Part shown: in pieces, positions 61,563-64,000 of the stretch
Numbering within the stretch: position 1 is the stretch's first letter
Layout: each line of letters starts with the position of its first letter
Assembly (NCBI RefSeq): GCF_947568905.1
Contig: NC_079166.1
Coordinates: 91,946,001 to 92,010,000 of the forward strand
Reading direction: 5' to 3'
DNA length: 64,000 nt
Origin: Ostrea edulis
Taxonomy: Eukaryota
The notes under the pieces: model-generated
What the model was told of the DNA's origin: nothing
Databases searched by the model: none
The model's input: only the letters and a program-made list of their open reading frames with translations
Program-made: the position numbers and the translations under genes

Positions 61563-62060
61563 GAAAAGTTGACATAACGAACAATGATCAAGGGAAAAGT
61601 GGACATAACGAACAATGATCAATAGAAAAGTAAACATAACGAACAACGATCAATGGAGAAGCGAAGACAACGAATATTGATCAATCTCAAAAACAAAATC
61701 AAATTAAGAGTAGGACAAACACGAATCACTGAACACACCAAAGGTGTGATCAGGGGTCTGGAAAAGTACACGTCCCTCATTGACTGGTCACACCCACTAT
61801 GAATAATCCGTAGTCAAAATCAGTATGTCAATTTTATTTAAAACTTATACGGTACCAATTTGATGCACCAGATGCGCATAAATCCCATAGAAAATATAAA
61901 AATTAAAAGAAGGACAACCACGGACTCATGGACACACCAGAGGTGGGATCAGTTGCCTAGGAGGAGTAAGCATCCCCTGTCGACCAGTCACCCGTTGTGA
62001 GTCCTATATCTTGATCAAATAAACAGAGTGATCCGTCGTCAAAATCAGTGTGTAAAAATG
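61563..62060 (-). repeat. Composite Penelope-like fragments: 4 x 31-bp terminal repeats + body, hammerhead-family tail (61838-61879), second body
   Basis: gaaaagt.gacataacgaacaatgatcaa x4, then the family body; ggtaccaatttgatgcaccagatgcgcat is the reverse complement of 1128-1160. Confidence 0.7.
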
Positions 62061-63359
62061 ATCTACCCATTGGTGCAAAAGAAGTCGGATACAATTCCAA
62101 AAAAGTAGAAAATATTGAGATACACACTGACACAAACATTGAAATTGAATACAACAGATTTATGGAAATATTCAGATACTTTATAAGAGATTGTTAACAA
62201 TACTTCCGACATGAACATTGATGAAGGTGTATTTACCAAATATACCAACAATGCACCTTCCATTTAGAAAACATAGGGGCACGTGACACATGATTTTCAT
62301 GCATATTCAATTTTTGTTCGAAAACCTTGCAAGTCTTCCATCATAATCATACGAAAAATCACATGAAAATATCATGCTAATTCATTTGCACTATATCCAT
62401 GCGAAATTCATGTAATGGTCTTTTTTTCGTATGATATTTTATCATATATGTGATATTTTTTTACCATTAATCATGTGATAGTCGTGCAGTAGTTGCATGG
62501 AAATGGCATATTTATGACAAAATGAAGGAACAATAAAGCTTTTAGGTCATTAACTTCTTAACTATCATCCCCATTCTTTTCAAATTGGTATAAAGCATGA
62601 TGAGACAAGGGGGGGGGGGGTGACATAAATTGTCAATTCCAGGTATCCTGTATGAGTCATTGAGCAGGAATTTCTCTACTAGAAATCCCCGGGGTTGAGA
62701 TTCTAACTACAGGGCTGGGTTAAACTTCGTAAAACAGTGTTTATATGTAACCTATTTTAATGGCATCTTTAATAATGCTATTGATAGTAAATTAAAGCTA
62801 AATAGAAATTTAGAGGAATGTAGCCTTTGTGCTTTTTATGATCCCAGGAGTAGGTGCTTTTGGTTCCAGGGTGGGATCATAATTATAGTGACCATTGTCC
62901 TAATCATTTGAAAGATTTCCTTTTGAATTTCGTTGATGCTGTACATATTTACGAGAAGCAGAAAGGGATATACATGTACCAAAATTGTGCATTTCGCTGC
63001 CCAAGGTTTCTGAATCTAGGGTGGGTTCAAAATAGTCACATAGTGTTAATATAACATATATTGAATTATGTTAAGTCTTTTCCTTAGTATGGACAATTAC
63101 GGGGACATTTTGTTTAATATTGCTGTTGAACATTAGAATTAACCTTATACATGTATATACATCACAGGAAATTTATTATAGACTTCACAGTCCTGAGGGC
63201 TAGTTACTGTTGACTCATATTCGGGTAACCGATAAGTCCTGCGAGCTTCTTGTAAAACAAAATGATAATGTGCATGACATTCAGACATAGTTTATATGAG
63301 AATCATGTTGCCCTCTTTTCTCTGAGTGCACCATATGCAAAAATATCAGAATCGATAAA

Positions 63360-63510
63360 AGAAAGGCGAAGATAACGAACAGTGATCAATCTCATAAATC
63401 CCACAAGCAAAATAGATAGTTGGGCAAACACGGACCCTGGACACACCAGAGGTGGGATCAGGTGCCTAGGAGGAGTAAGCATCCCCTGTCGACCGGTCAC
63501 ACCCGCATAA
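63360..63510 (-). repeat. Penelope-like 3' fragment (best-preserved copy in the window)
   Basis: aaaggcgaagataacgaacagtgatcaatctcat...gggcaaacacggaccctggacacaccagaggtgggatcaggtgcctaggaggagtaagcatcccctgtcgaccggtcacacccg. Confidence 0.85.
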
Positions 63511-63559
63511 GATGAAGTAGCTATTGAAAGAAAGGTTCTGCACTAGTTGTACTATAAAA

Positions 63560-64000
63560 GCTGACTGAATTTATAATCTGCAATAGTTTGTGACAGTGAC
63601 CTTTTTTACCAGTGAACTGCAATGCCCTTTTTTGTAAGAATGGTGGGTTGTGTTTACTAGTGAACTGCGATACATTTTTGTGTGACAGTGATGGTGTTTT
63701 TACTAGTGAACTGCTATACACTTTTTTGTGACAGTGATGGGTTTTTTTACTAGTGAATTGCTATACACTTTTTTATGACAGTGATTGCTTTTTACTAGAG
63801 AACTGTGATGCACGTTTTTGTGGCAGTGGTTTGTTTTTTACTACTGAACTGCGATAAACGTTTTTGTGACAGTGGTGTGTATTTTTACTACTGAACTGCG
63901 ACGCACGTTTGTGCCATTGGTGTGTTTTTTACTACTGGAACTGCGACGCACGTTTGTGACAGTGGTGTTTTTTTACTACTGAACTGCGACGCACGTTTCT
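63560..64000. repeat. Minisatellite, ~46-bp unit, continues past the window end
   Basis: Unit approx. tttttactagtgaactgcgatacatttttgtgtgacagtgatggtg. Confidence 0.85.

Overview
AT-rich, intron-containing invertebrate genomic DNA. The repeat families resemble those of bivalves, probably an oyster; this is pattern recognition only, not a database hit. Host genes: (1) an orphan multi-exon gene on the minus strand (two in-frame exons, 4700-4477 and 3394-2647; 5' end unresolved); (2) three tandem class A GPCR paralogues with essentially intronless 7TM coding regions on the plus strand (9546-10643, 16004-17149, 34628-35737); (3) a minus-strand locus (56336-45072) with two duplicated signal-peptide + farnesoic-acid-O-methyltransferase-like (FAMeT/Methyltransf_FA) cassettes upstream of one set of stalk, transmembrane and tyrosine-rich tail exons, with every junction in phase 1. 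Mobile DNA: a decayed Ngaro/DIRS tyrosine-recombinase retrotransposon with an SGNH hydrolase ORF (~40.0-44.66 kb); an ~8.9 kb PIF/Harbinger derivative (17627-26511) that splits a retroelement fragment and carries nested Helentron-type non-autonomous elements; two Tc1-like relics; MITEs; tRNA-derived SINEs; LINE 3' ends; many 3' fragments of a Penelope-like retroelement, whose terminal ~28 bp appears to have seeded a 1.7 kb satellite; and a decayed minimal hammerhead ribozyme. Most long ORFs in the supplied track are tandem-repeat artefacts. All exon models, alignments and counts were made by eye.
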